64,000 nt of DNA, taken from IMG/VR virus record IMGVR_UViG_3300018080_000020, positions 1,939 to 65,938 of that record; one strand, given 5' to 3'. This DNA is from a virus. Its lineage: Duplodnaviria; Caudoviricetes. The position numbers were made by a program, and so were the translations under genes. Of this stretch, positions 6,863 to 16,129 are shown piece after piece. Under the pieces are notes generated by a model. That model had not been told where the DNA came from and did not search any database. It worked only from the letters and a program-made list of their open reading frames with translations. Each line of letters starts with the position of its first letter. Positions within the stretch are counted from its first letter, which is position 1.

Positions 6863-7409
6863 ATGTCGTGTGCACATATAATGGAACGTGCGTGTGTTCC
6901 TTAAATATGCACATGTGTGAGCGTGGCTTTGTCTGGATGTTACAAACACACAACTCAGTATCTTGTGTGATTACAGGATGCTATCTAAATGGTACATAAA
7001 CCGTGTTAATACCATATTAATAAAGGCATCATCTGGGCTGTAATTAACTCAATTATGAATAACTACTATTTGCACTATCTGTAGAGTCCTATGAACAGCA
7101 GAACCAGAACAGTGTAGTTGCCCTATACCTCATAATATAAGCACTCTCTGAGAAAATACAACCCATAGGTTTGTATATTTTAATTACCTAAACACAGCAG
7201 CCATTGTAACCTGTAGCAATAACAGAAGGTATACAGATTGTCACCTTAGCACACTACAAATCAGAAATGATCATAAACTAAGGGTAGCATCAGCATTCCA
7301 GAGATATTTTTTATTTAGTGTATTTCTGGTAGCTTAAGCCCTACATCGTCTCACTTATGATTTATTGTTTGACTTCGACATACAAAACCAACAAACAAGG
7401 GAGGGAAAC

Positions 7410-8501
7410 ATGAGAACACGGCAACAACTGGAAAGCATGAGCGTGGCTGACCTGAGAGTCTATGCCCGTGCAAATCAGGATCAGCACTCACTCACCGGAG
7501 TGCAGATTGTCGGTATGCGAAAGGCCGACCTTATTAATAGCCTTCTGGGTGAGCAACAAGGTGCTATCACCAACCCAGAGATTGATCTGGCTGAAGTTCT
7601 GGCCTACGCTTTGAATGGCAAGGTACAGGGTCAGGTCAATATGGATCAGGTCAAGACTCTGGTCGATAGTAGCATCAGGGAATCTGAAGACATGCTCGTA
7701 GACTTATTTGAAACCATGATCGACAAGATCGATACGGTGAAAACCGTAGAGGTCAAAAGCCTTACCACTGGCGAGACTAAGGACATTGGCGTTGCTCATT
7801 GCCAGTTTGAAAGGGTCTTAACGTGTGTTGCTAACCGGGTTAACGTGTACATGTGTGGTACGGCAGGTTCTGGCAAGACCTACCTTGCTGAGCAAGTAGC
7901 AGAGGCACTTGACCTTCCCTTCTACGCCATTTCTGTAGGCCTCCAGACGAGCAAGTCTGACCTGATCGGCTATAACTCAGCAAACGGTGAGTATGTTAGC
8001 ACGCTTCTTAGACAGGCCTATGAGTTTGGTGGAGTCTTCCTGATCGATGAGATCGATGCAGGTAATCCAAACGTTCTTACGGTTATTAACGCCATGACAG
8101 CAAACTCAGTGGCATCATTCCCGGACAGGATGGTTAAGAAACATGATGATTTCGTGCTCTTAGCATCTGCTAACACCTATGGTCGTGGGGCCGACAGGCA
8201 GTATGTAGGCAGGAACCCGATTGATGGTGCTACCTTGGATCGGTTCTTTGTCATCGATATTGATATTGATGAAACTCTTGAAATGAGACTTGCACCGGAT
8301 AAAGACTGGTGCAAACGTGTACAGGCTATACGTTCAGCCATCCATGACCTTAAAGAAAAGGTCATCTGTAGCCCCAGAGCATCCATCACTGGTGGGAAGA
8401 TGGCTTTGGCAGGGGTAAGCTATGATGACTTGGAAGATGCCTTTATCTTCAGGGGTATTAACCCAGAGATCAAGGACAAAATTTTGCGGAGGGTATCATA
8501 A
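7410..8501 (+). CDS. AAA+ ATPase (MoxR/CbbQ/CobS-like) with small N-terminal helical (Rho-N-like) domain
   Basis: Walker A GTAGSGKT; Walker B FLIDEID; ANTYGRG...YVGRNPIDGATLDRF; GGAGGG RBS before ATG at 7410. Confidence 0.88.
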   Translation: MRTRQQLESMSVADLRVYARANQDQHSLTGVQIVGMRKADLINSLLGEQQGAITNPEIDLAEVLAYALNGKVQGQVNMDQVKTLVDSSIRESEDMLVDLFETMIDKIDTVKTVEVKSLTTGETKDIGVAHCQFERVLTCVANRVNVYMCGTAGSGKTYLAEQVAEALDLPFYAISVGLQTSKSDLIGYNSANGEYVSTLLRQAYEFGGVFLIDEIDAGNPNVLTVINAMTANSVASFPDRMVKKHDDFVLLASANTYGRGADRQYVGRNPIDGATLDRFFVIDIDIDETLEMRLAPDKDWCKRVQAIRSAIHDLKEKVICSPRASITGGKMALAGVSYDDLEDAFIFRGINPEIKDKILRRVS

Positions 8502-9205
8502 TGAAGGTAATCATGCCAAAGAGTAAGCTGTCAGACTTTGCTATCATTGAGTTTGATGGGCATCAGGACGTTCTGGACTACCTTGCAACCTACCCAGAAG
8601 AGTTTGAATCATACTCAGGCTCCCACTGTGATCTAAGCCCCACAAACTTTCATCCATGGTCGTGGAATGAGACAATACAGTTCATGCAGACCGGGTGGCC
8701 TGAAGGCGTAGCAGACGTAAACATCCTTGCAGAGTCAATCAGGACAAGGATTGATGAAAATGTTGATCAGTACAACATTAGCTTTGATGTGACTGGTGAT
8801 TTCATCGATATGGGTCGCTTTGTCGATGGTACACCTGAGTGTTGTGGCCTGATCACGCTTGAACCTATGCCACAAGAGAGCATTAATATTGTAGTAAATA
8901 TTGGTGCTAACGCAGGTGTGAGTGCAGAGTCTATGAAGACCCGTGGTGGTGCTCTGGTAGCACTGATTGACAACCTGCAAAAGAAGTACTTCGTAAACCT
9001 GCAATTAGTCAATAACACTGAGAGAGACAACCAAGGACATGAGTATAACACACGGCTTATCTTCAATGTCAACATGCAGAATGAGTACAGCCGTGACCTG
9101 TTAGCATTCTACCTGTCAAACATTTGTATGCTCCGCAGGGTCTGCTTTGCGATACGTGAAATGTTTATGAACGCTGATGAGGATCATAGTCATCATATTT
9201 ATTAG
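8501..9205 (+). CDS. Partner of the AAA+ ATPase (degenerate vWA/CobT-like)
   Basis: Coupled TAATG to the ATPase; INIVVNIGANAGVS...RGGALVALIDNL alpha/beta pattern. Confidence 0.6.
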   Translation: MKVIMPKSKLSDFAIIEFDGHQDVLDYLATYPEEFESYSGSHCDLSPTNFHPWSWNETIQFMQTGWPEGVADVNILAESIRTRIDENVDQYNISFDVTGDFIDMGRFVDGTPECCGLITLEPMPQESINIVVNIGANAGVSAESMKTRGGALVALIDNLQKKYFVNLQLVNNTERDNQGHEYNTRLIFNVNMQNEYSRDLLAFYLSNICMLRRVCFAIREMFMNADEDHSHHIY

Positions 9206-9216
9206 GAGGTATTATT

Positions 9217-9471
9217 ATGGGTTACCTACAAGCAACAGAGTTTGCAGAGAAAACATCGATTGAACAAGGCGTAGAATGGCAGCTTCGGTCTAACCATTAC
9301 CCACCCGTACCGTTTGAAATGATTCCGGTTGCTATAGAAGCAATTGAGGCATGTACTGGACTGGATCATAAAAGATTGATTAAGACACCTTTTGAGCATA
9401 GACGCTACGGCTTCAAGGTTCCGGCATGGGAAATTGTGGCAAATTTACACCTTGAACCATGGGTCGGATAA
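9217..9471 (+). CDS. Hypothetical protein
   Basis: AGGAGGT RBS. Confidence 0.7.
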   Translation: MGYLQATEFAEKTSIEQGVEWQLRSNHYPPVPFEMIPVAIEAIEACTGLDHKRLIKTPFEHRRYGFKVPAWEIVANLHLEPWVG

Positions 9472-9479
9472 TTTTTTTC

Positions 9480-9507
9480 TTGACAATGACTCAGAAGTGA
9501 TTATATT
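9480..9507 (+). promoter_or_regulatory. Sigma70-type promoter with operator in the spacer
   Basis: TTGACA-N16-TATATT; spacer carries TGACTCAGAAGTGAT. Confidence 0.75.
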
Positions 9508-9554
9508 AAGATTAATAGAGGGCACATATATTTCTTAAGCTAAGGGAATCACTT

Positions 9555-9887
9555 ATGAAACACAACGAATATCAGTTAAAGCACCGTGGCAGATGGGTAA
9601 TCGATACAAGCCACGCCTTAGATCGGATGGATGAGCGTGATGTAGAACTTAGAAATGGCTCACTCAGGGCCATGGTAGACAGAGTCATGGGCCTCAAGAA
9701 CTATGCAAGATTGCCATATAACACTGAGTTCTTCGTATGGTTCCGTTCCATGCAACAAGGTGCTATCGTGGCCCATAGGCGTGACACTAAGTCAGGATCG
9801 AAAAAGCTCCACTTCTTTGTTGTAACCGTATACCCTAAGGGCAAGAGGCCTGAGCAGGGTAGGAATAAAACTATAACCATTAAATAA
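9555..9887 (+). CDS. Basic hypothetical protein, possible DUF4258/RelE-like fold
   Basis: TSHALDRMDER...FVVTVYPK pattern. Confidence 0.55.
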   Translation: MKHNEYQLKHRGRWVIDTSHALDRMDERDVELRNGSLRAMVDRVMGLKNYARLPYNTEFFVWFRSMQQGAIVAHRRDTKSGSKKLHFFVVTVYPKGKRPEQGRNKTITIK

Positions 9888-9896
9888 GGAGGTCGC

Positions 9897-10082
9897 ATGT
9901 ATGCAATCCGCAGGAGATCAACCGGAGAAATCGTTGAAAGTGGATTTGCCAAAAGGCAAGAGGGTAAACCAAAAAGGGATAACCTTAATGCTGATCATTA
10001 CGGCAAATCGCCAGTACCTGACAACTTTAGAGAATTTTACATTGTCAGATCAGTCAATCATCCCAAAGGCCTAAGTAAATGA
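9897..10082 (+). CDS. Small hypothetical protein
   Basis: AAGGAGGT RBS. Confidence 0.6.
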   Translation: MYAIRRRSTGEIVESGFAKRQEGKPKRDNLNADHYGKSPVPDNFREFYIVRSVNHPKGLSK

Positions 10083-10213
10083 TGATTGAATTAATATCCT
10101 TCATTATTCAGTTAATTATCTTTATAGGGCTGCTACTTCCAAGAGATTATGATAAAATGGTTAAAGATGCTGAGCATTATTATCTTGGAATGTACGGTTA
10201 AAGGAGGTTTACC

Positions 10214-11158
10214 ATGACACAAACCATTGAAAGAGTAGCACAGTTTACTGACTTGAATACTCAGGACATAGACAAAGCAATGTATAACTCAGGCTATGAC
10301 TTTGAGGTAGCCATGAAGCCCCTGTATCTGCAAGATGGCACAAAGGTATGGGATAAGCAAGCTGTTGTTCGTACAGATACTAACAAATACCTTGGTGCAG
10401 TTGGTATGCAGACAAGGCACGTGCAGCCTAAAGACTTTTATGCCATGGCTGCGGAGCTTATTAACAGCACTGGAGGCAGGATCAATCAGGGTATCACTAT
10501 GAGCAACGGTGCAGTGATCGGTGTATCCTTTACTCTGGACAGTGTTGAGTACGTTACAGGTGACGTGATTGACCTTAACTTTCTTATGCTAACATCTTAT
10601 AACTCGGCCTATGCCATTCTTGGCAGGGCCTTGTCTCATCGGTTCTTCTGTCTAAACCAACTCCCCTCTTCTCAAAAACTGTTTAACATCAAGAACACTA
10701 CCGGGAACCTTCAGAGACTTCAGACTGCTACTAAGATGCTCGGCTACTACGGCAAAGAAATGCAGGACTTTAATACTAAGATGAAACTTCTTTCTGGCTT
10801 TAGGATGAGTGATAGCATGGCTTTAGAGTGGTTCAGCAACCTACTGCCTCAGCCTAAGAAGGACAGTAAGAGGTCTAACAGTATTTATACAAATACTATA
10901 GAGACTTTCACTGAGTGTTTAGTTAACGGTATGGGTGTAGATCATCCCGGTGTAAGACAGACCGGATATGGTGCACTGAATGCACTGACTGAGTTCTGCA
11001 ACCATTACCGTAGCACTCGGGTGGCAGATGGTAAGAGTAAGGCTCAGGTAAAGTTTGAGAGTCTGGTTCTGGGTGGCAGCAATGATAAACTCATGGCTAA
11101 AGGCTTTGAGAGTCTTGTAAAGATCGCTCAGACCACACCTTCAGGTTCCATTGTATAA
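10214..11158 (+). CDS. DUF932/DUF945-like phage protein
   Basis: KQAVVRTDTNKYLGAVG; LMLTSYN; RFFCLNQ; TGYGALNALTEFCNH motifs; AAGGAGGT RBS. Confidence 0.8.
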   Translation: MTQTIERVAQFTDLNTQDIDKAMYNSGYDFEVAMKPLYLQDGTKVWDKQAVVRTDTNKYLGAVGMQTRHVQPKDFYAMAAELINSTGGRINQGITMSNGAVIGVSFTLDSVEYVTGDVIDLNFLMLTSYNSAYAILGRALSHRFFCLNQLPSSQKLFNIKNTTGNLQRLQTATKMLGYYGKEMQDFNTKMKLLSGFRMSDSMALEWFSNLLPQPKKDSKRSNSIYTNTIETFTECLVNGMGVDHPGVRQTGYGALNALTEFCNHYRSTRVADGKSKAQVKFESLVLGGSNDKLMAKGFESLVKIAQTTPSGSIV

Positions 11159-11167
11159 CCTCAACAC

Positions 11168-11194
11168 AAGGCCCATACTTAGGTATGGGTCTTT
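11168..11194 (+). terminator. Hairpin/terminator after the DUF932-like gene
   Basis: AAGGCCCATAC-TTAG-GTATGGGTCTT stem. Confidence 0.55.
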
Positions 11195-11232
11195 ACGAGA
11201 TCGTTTAACCTGAGGCAAATAGGGAGGTCAAA

Positions 11233-11460
11233 ATGAACATGCAATTACAATCACTCAAGGACAGACTGGCAAATGATCTTTTCGGTATGACAAAGGCAGA
11301 GGCCGTTGAGCAGGGTATCTGTATAGACTGTAAAGAACCTGCACTACCTAACTGCTACTCTGATGCTGGTGTGCGTGAGTACTATATCTCAGGCATGTGT
11401 GAGGAGTGCTTTGACAACATGTTTAAGGAAGATAATCTTCCGATTAACAAGGAGGATTAA
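11233..11460 (+). CDS. Small Cys4 zinc-binding phage protein
   Basis: CIDC...EYYISGMCEECFD; GGAGGT RBS. Confidence 0.7.
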   Translation: MNMQLQSLKDRLANDLFGMTKAEAVEQGICIDCKEPALPNCYSDAGVREYYISGMCEECFDNMFKEDNLPINKED

Positions 11461-11738
11461 TGAAAATTCGTGCTATCATTGAGGTCGCAGAGCATGATAC
11501 TGCAAAGCTTTACATGATCGCTGATTATGATTCTTATCAGGAAAGAATAATATGGTATCAACAGATGGTCATTGACTGTAGACCCTTTGCTGATCATACG
11601 TTAGATGCATTACAGTTCCATGGACTTACAATTGACGTAGACGGTTGTAGGTTCTTTGACGTGATTGGTAATATTAATAAAACAGGAAACCTTATTGACA
11701 TTGACTTTGTAAAGGAGGAAGAGAATGAAGAGGACTGA
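11460..11738 (+). CDS. Hypothetical protein
   Basis: GGAGG RBS; coupled start. Confidence 0.6.
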   Translation: MKIRAIIEVAEHDTAKLYMIADYDSYQERIIWYQQMVIDCRPFADHTLDALQFHGLTIDVDGCRFFDVIGNINKTGNLIDIDFVKEEENEED

Positions 11739-12054
11739 GGTTAAGTATCGTAAAATGAAGACTGATAGTGTATTAGTTCTTGGTATTAATAATTGTGCAT
11801 CTATGAAGCAGATTGAGGAAGAGTTTGGATATGATATTAAGTCTATGTATATTGCAGGATACCCAAGATATTTAAACGGCATGGGTAATACCGTTGTAGT
11901 AAGGGAAGCTATTGATAGGGTGTATAAATTAAAACCCGGACTTGTATATACAAAGAGTGGCTTTGCTAAGATTATCCATATAATGAAACAGTCCGGTGAA
12001 CGCCTTCATGAACTTACTCAATCCTTAGAGAATGCTGAGATCATTAAGATCTAA
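11725..12054 (+). CDS. Hypothetical protein
   Basis: GGAGG RBS; overlap-coupled. Confidence 0.6.
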   Translation: MKRTEVKYRKMKTDSVLVLGINNCASMKQIEEEFGYDIKSMYIAGYPRYLNGMGNTVVVREAIDRVYKLKPGLVYTKSGFAKIIHIMKQSGERLHELTQSLENAEIIKI

Positions 12055-12225
12055 ACCAACCCCACTGAAAGGTGGGCACGATGAAACATGAAATACATAT
12101 AATATCTGATGATGGTATCCCGTTTGTCTTTGATACCTATGAGTCAATGGAGCAAGCAAAGATCTTTAGGCTGATGCTGCTTGCAATGTACAAACCAGAA
12201 CAGGTTATAATTAGGAGGGCAACCA

Positions 12226-12438
12226 GTGAATGATTATGGAGTAGCATGGGTAGGTGGAGTGAAAAATCAGAAACAAAAACCGTTCTATGCATATAGAGAG
12301 ATAAAGAGGGGCAAGAACAAGGGTAAGTACCAAATCACTTTAACAAACGGTAGACGTGAGGACGGTTCTATCAGACCCGGAGATCCAGTGATCGTTCCAG
12401 AGTCTGATATAATAAGGTTTCCGGGGGAGACTATTTAA
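12226..12438 (+). CDS. Hypothetical protein
   Basis: GGAGG RBS with GTG start. Confidence 0.55.
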   Translation: MNDYGVAWVGGVKNQKQKPFYAYREIKRGKNKGKYQITLTNGRREDGSIRPGDPVIVPESDIIRFPGETI

Positions 12439-12683
12439 TGGCACGTGCCTTAAAAGAATGGATAGATGAGCCAACAGAGTTTCGGTTTCATCCAGAAATA
12501 ACAAAGATCCTATATGAACCTGCACTAATCGGTGTGGTCTTTGGATACTGGGATCGATTATTAGAGATCTGTTATTATAATATGGATAAGCCCAACTTTA
12601 TAGTATTATACATGGTGCTTGGATCATATCCGTTAAGTGTTTACATTAAGAATGGATGTTTAACTATTACAAATGACTGCTAA
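12438..12683 (+). CDS. Hypothetical protein
   Basis: TAATG coupling. Confidence 0.5.
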   Translation: MARALKEWIDEPTEFRFHPEITKILYEPALIGVVFGYWDRLLEICYYNMDKPNFIVLYMVLGSYPLSVYIKNGCLTITNDC

Positions 12684-12834
12684 ATCAACATATAAGAAGG
12701 ATAAGAAAGCCAAGCAAGAGAAGCTCGGTAAGATCAGGATACCTACGCCTCCAACAGGTGGTGCTATCTTTAAGGATAAGAAAAAATATACCCGGAAACA
12801 GAAGCATAAAAAATCCATAGAATCGGATGTGTGA
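12673..12834 (+). CDS. Small basic protein (53 aa) ending ...DKKKYTRKQKHKKSIESDV; not in the supplied ORF track
   Basis: ATG at 12673 to TGA at 12834, open; very Lys-rich. Confidence 0.6.
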   Translation: MTAKSTYKKDKKAKQEKLGKIRIPTPPTGGAIFKDKKKYTRKQKHKKSIESDV

Positions 12835-12873
12835 TGCACAAAAAAATGTGCACGATGCACAGAAAAATGTGCA
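12835..12873. promoter_or_regulatory. Tandem palindromic enhancer-like sites TGCACA-N6-TGTGCA (x2)
   Basis: Copies at 12835-12852 and 12856-12873, 21 bp apart. Confidence 0.7.
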
Positions 12874-12948
12874 TTCTTTTTATAATTATTAACACACTTA
12901 TGATTATAACTATGTTATTTATTTAGGCTTTACGATAAATCGGGCATG

Positions 12949-12964
12949 TGGCATAAAATTTGCT
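12949..12964 (+). promoter_or_regulatory. Sigma54 (-24/-12) promoter
   Basis: TGGCATAAAATTTGCT: GG-N10-GC matching TGGCAY-N5-TTGCW. Confidence 0.72.
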
Positions 12965-12977
12965 ACAAATTTCAATC

Positions 12978-13005
12978 TTGACATAACCATTATTAGGCTT
13001 ATAAT
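12978..13005 (+). promoter_or_regulatory. Sigma70 promoter
   Basis: TTGACA-N16-TATAAT. Confidence 0.7.
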
Positions 13006-13149
13006 AACAAAAAAAGGGGGCAGGAACTATGGGCAGGTTCTTTTGTAAGTTCCGTTTGTTACACAGAAAGATCGTCTTTATAATAGTGAATTACCAGTTA
13101 CACTGGTAACTTAAAATGAGGGTGGATGGTCGGGATATAGGGAGGTATT

Positions 13150-13527
13150 TTGAAGGAGCTAATTTATTTCAATAGACTATTGGACTTTATTAGTAACTCT
13201 ATCAACAAGGACATTGCCTTTCCACAGTTAAGAATCCTTATTCTGGTTGCAAACAATCAGGGTATCACTCAGGGTGAGCTTGCAAAGATCTTAAGAGTAC
13301 CAAAGGGAACAGTGTCCAGAAATGTCATTAAGCTTGCCGACCTTCTAACTCAGGATTCTAAGGGTATCTGGAAACAGCGTGGCTATGGCTTAGTTGAACA
13401 AAGGCCTGATCTGGATGATCCAAGAAAGAGTGCTTGTTTCTTGACCAAGAAGGGAGCTAAGGTTGTACATGACCTTTCTAAACTGGTTACAAAAGGAGCA
13501 TCAGACATTGGACTATTTAAGAGCTAA
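13150..13527 (+). CDS. MarR-type winged-helix transcriptional regulator
   Basis: QLRILILVANNQGITQGELAKIL...TVSRNV...LVEQRPDLDDPRKSACFLTKKG; GGAGGT RBS with TTG start. Confidence 0.88.
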   Translation: MKELIYFNRLLDFISNSINKDIAFPQLRILILVANNQGITQGELAKILRVPKGTVSRNVIKLADLLTQDSKGIWKQRGYGLVEQRPDLDDPRKSACFLTKKGAKVVHDLSKLVTKGASDIGLFKS

Positions 13528-13703
13528 AATAGACAATACAGAGATAGTATATGAGGACGGAGTCGGCATTGAAATTCAAACGGATTCTGATAGCACGTTT
13601 ACTGCTTTTAATGATATGAATGACATGAACACCTTTCAGTCTATAATTGCCGGTATATCTAAGCTCATTGCCAAGTTAATTTCAACTCAAGTATAGCTTT
13701 AAA

Positions 13704-13735
13704 TAAGAAACAGGGTACTCAGTGCCCTTTTCTTA
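13704..13735 (+). terminator. Hairpin between the regulator region and primase
   Basis: AGGGTAC-TCA-GTGCCCT followed by TTTCTTA. Confidence 0.5.
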
Positions 13736-13754
13736 TGCTTACAGGAGATCACTT

Positions 13755-14561
13755 GTGAGTCACTTATCAGATAAATACTTTGACCCGGAACAGCCGTTAC
13801 ATGAGACAAGAAAGTTTCGTCATGATGCCTGTAGCATCGGAAAGAATAAAGCCTTAGCAGTTACACGTACAGAAACAGGATGGCTGTATATTTGTCATCG
13901 GTGTGGTATTAAGGGAATGAAGAGGCTAAAGGGATTGAGTCCATCGGATACTGTTAGGTTCATTACTTCTCAGAAAGCACTACCAAGGGTAGTAGATGAT
14001 GAGGTAGTACTACTACCTGATGACTACACTACAAGTATTCCTGACAATGGACTCGTTTACTTGTACAATTACTTAACTGATAAGGAAATAGAGTACTATA
14101 GGGTAGTATATAGTAATTCTCTAAATCGAGTCATATTCCCGGTTTATGATGGCAACTCTTTGGTAACTTGGCAGGGAAGATACCTTGGTGAACCTGACCC
14201 AAAGATTCCTAAATGGTTTAATCAAAGAACTAAGAGTAAAAAACATAATTACTTTAAGGTAAAGAGAGGTAGTAATACATTAGTAATAGTAGAAGATATT
14301 CTTTCTGCTATACGTGTAGGCAGGGTAGTAGACTGCTACGCAGTGCTTGGCTCTTATATTCCTGATGAGCTTATAAAAGAAATAAGTAGGGTTTATTCTG
14401 AGTTCAGGATCTGGCTTGACTATGACAAGCTTAAGGCTTCACTAAGATACCAGAAGAAGTTTCAAATGCTCGGTTTAAAATGTAAGGTTATCAGTACACT
14501 GTTAGATCCAAAGTGCTACGGAACAAAAGAAATCGAAAGGAGGGTTTATGGTCAAGTGTAA
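13755..14561 (+). CDS. DNA primase (zinc finger plus TOPRIM)
   Basis: HDAC...CHRC; RVIFPVYD...WQGR; VIVEDILSA; IWLDYD; AGGAG RBS before GTG at 13755. Confidence 0.85.
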   Translation: MSHLSDKYFDPEQPLHETRKFRHDACSIGKNKALAVTRTETGWLYICHRCGIKGMKRLKGLSPSDTVRFITSQKALPRVVDDEVVLLPDDYTTSIPDNGLVYLYNYLTDKEIEYYRVVYSNSLNRVIFPVYDGNSLVTWQGRYLGEPDPKIPKWFNQRTKSKKHNYFKVKRGSNTLVIVEDILSAIRVGRVVDCYAVLGSYIPDELIKEISRVYSEFRIWLDYDKLKASLRYQKKFQMLGLKCKVISTLLDPKCYGTKEIERRVYGQV

Positions 14562-14829
14562 GAATTTTTCGTTTAACAGTATGTTCTGGATTCCTGACTA
14601 TATGGAAGATGGAATAGAAAATTATATTAACTACGGGCTTGAGCCGGGTGGTTTCCTTACTGCTATCATCTGTAATGACCTTAAGTCAGCAGTCATGAGG
14701 GCTGATGGTCAGAACATAGGTAACATCCCGGCATACGTGGCCTACTTTTACAACCATGCACCAATAGACTGTTGGGGATCATATGATCTGATGGTTAAAT
14801 GGTGTGAGAAGGGGGGTTTAAATGGATGA
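14548..14829 (+). CDS. Conserved phage hypothetical protein
   Basis: PGGFLTAIICNDL...P..CWGS motif; GGAGG RBS. Confidence 0.7.
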   Translation: MVKCKNFSFNSMFWIPDYMEDGIENYINYGLEPGGFLTAIICNDLKSAVMRADGQNIGNIPAYVAYFYNHAPIDCWGSYDLMVKWCEKGGLNG

Positions 14830-14981
14830 GATAAGGTAGAATATATGGACGTACATGAAAACTTCGGATGTAAATTCTTTGAGAGGAAAGATGGCAAAAC
14901 TAACAAAAGAACAGGCTGAACAAATAGTAAGCCAAGACAGGGTAATTGAATGGATTACCCGGACTATGAAAGGAGAGGATC

Positions 14982-15197
14982 TTGAATTTAGAACCTTTAT
15001 CACAGAAGGAAAAAGAGGATTGGATAGAGAGGATCAAGCAGATGTCGCAGATTGAAATGGCCCGGTTGTGGAGGTTTGCACCTTCAGGGCATCCTATATT
15101 TAGCACACTGAATGATCCATTGTTTCAGATATTTGAGGAACGGTTTCAGGAACTGGGAGGTATGACTCCCAAAATTTCAAAGGCAATAGGGTGGTAG
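14982..15197 (+). CDS. Hypothetical protein
   Basis: GAGG RBS with TTG start; WRFAPSGHP...GGMTPKISKAIGW. Confidence 0.65.
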   Translation: MNLEPLSQKEKEDWIERIKQMSQIEMARLWRFAPSGHPIFSTLNDPLFQIFEERFQELGGMTPKISKAIGW

Positions 15198-15198
15198 A

Positions 15199-15381
15199 AT
15201 GAGCTATAAGATTATTAAGAATGCTGCAAAGTGTCTTAAGTGTGGTGACGTGATTGAGTCTAAGTATCGTCATGACTTTGTAGAGTGCTCTTGTGGTGCA
15301 ATCTTTGTGGATGGTGGTCATGACTACTTTCGCAGGGGTGGTAACCCAGAAGATATAGAAGACCTATCGGAGGTAGAGTAA
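15199..15381 (+). CDS. Small zinc-ribbon protein
   Basis: CLKC...RHDFVECSCGAIFVDGG. Confidence 0.75.
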   Translation: MSYKIIKNAAKCLKCGDVIESKYRHDFVECSCGAIFVDGGHDYFRRGGNPEDIEDLSEVE

Positions 15382-15857
15382 TGCAAATAGCAACATATGC
15401 TCATAAAATTTTTGATATAGCAGAACAATCAGAACAATATGTATATGCTGAAAAAGTCTTTGATGTAAGGAAAGAGGCGTTAAAAGAATTAAAAAAATAT
15501 GCAGAAACACTAACTCAAGGAGACACTATGAAAAACAAAAAATTAGTTCCAACCGGTAAAATGTTATGGATAAAGGATCTTATTCTTCATTCAGACCCAA
15601 GTGATCAGGAAAAGGCTAATTTTATTAAAACTATGGCTGATTGGGGTTATGCTTATAATGACTTTAAATATGTTGACCAAAAGCTATTAGACTATGCCTC
15701 AAAGTCAGGGTGCTTCGTGAACTGGTTAGTGAAGTATGGCTATGCAGAATGGGAAGACATAAAGCTAAAGTTTAAACCAGTTACTCTTAACCTTTTTGAA
15801 CCATTTACTCTTAACCTTAAGGTTAACACAACAGTTATGGAGACAGGTAGAGAATAA
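15381..15857 (+). CDS. Hypothetical protein, possibly two fused ORFs
   Basis: GGAGGT RBS; second AAGGAG-ATG in frame at 15528. Confidence 0.5.
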   Translation: MQIATYAHKIFDIAEQSEQYVYAEKVFDVRKEALKELKKYAETLTQGDTMKNKKLVPTGKMLWIKDLILHSDPSDQEKANFIKTMADWGYAYNDFKYVDQKLLDYASKSGCFVNWLVKYGYAEWEDIKLKFKPVTLNLFEPFTLNLKVNTTVMETGRE

Positions 15858-16129
15858 GGCCAGAGAACTTGGATACTACTATAAGGGGTAATAATATGAT
15901 CTATCAAGAACAACCAAGCTGTAATAGGTGTAAGGCCCAGTGCCGGGGTAACAAGATTAAGAACAGGTATGCTGACTTAGAGGTTAACTGTAATCGTTGG
16001 GTAAGCCCAAGTGGTACATTTATGTTAGCAGAGTTAGCACTTGCACACCCTACAAGTCTGAATGAGGCACTGTCTGTTTTACCCTTTGACGTTAACCTTA
16101 ACTTTTTCTTAAAATAACAGGAGGATAAC

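Noticed and set aside
6613-6999. Short ORFs across the homopolymer block
   Set aside because: Low-complexity translations with no RBS
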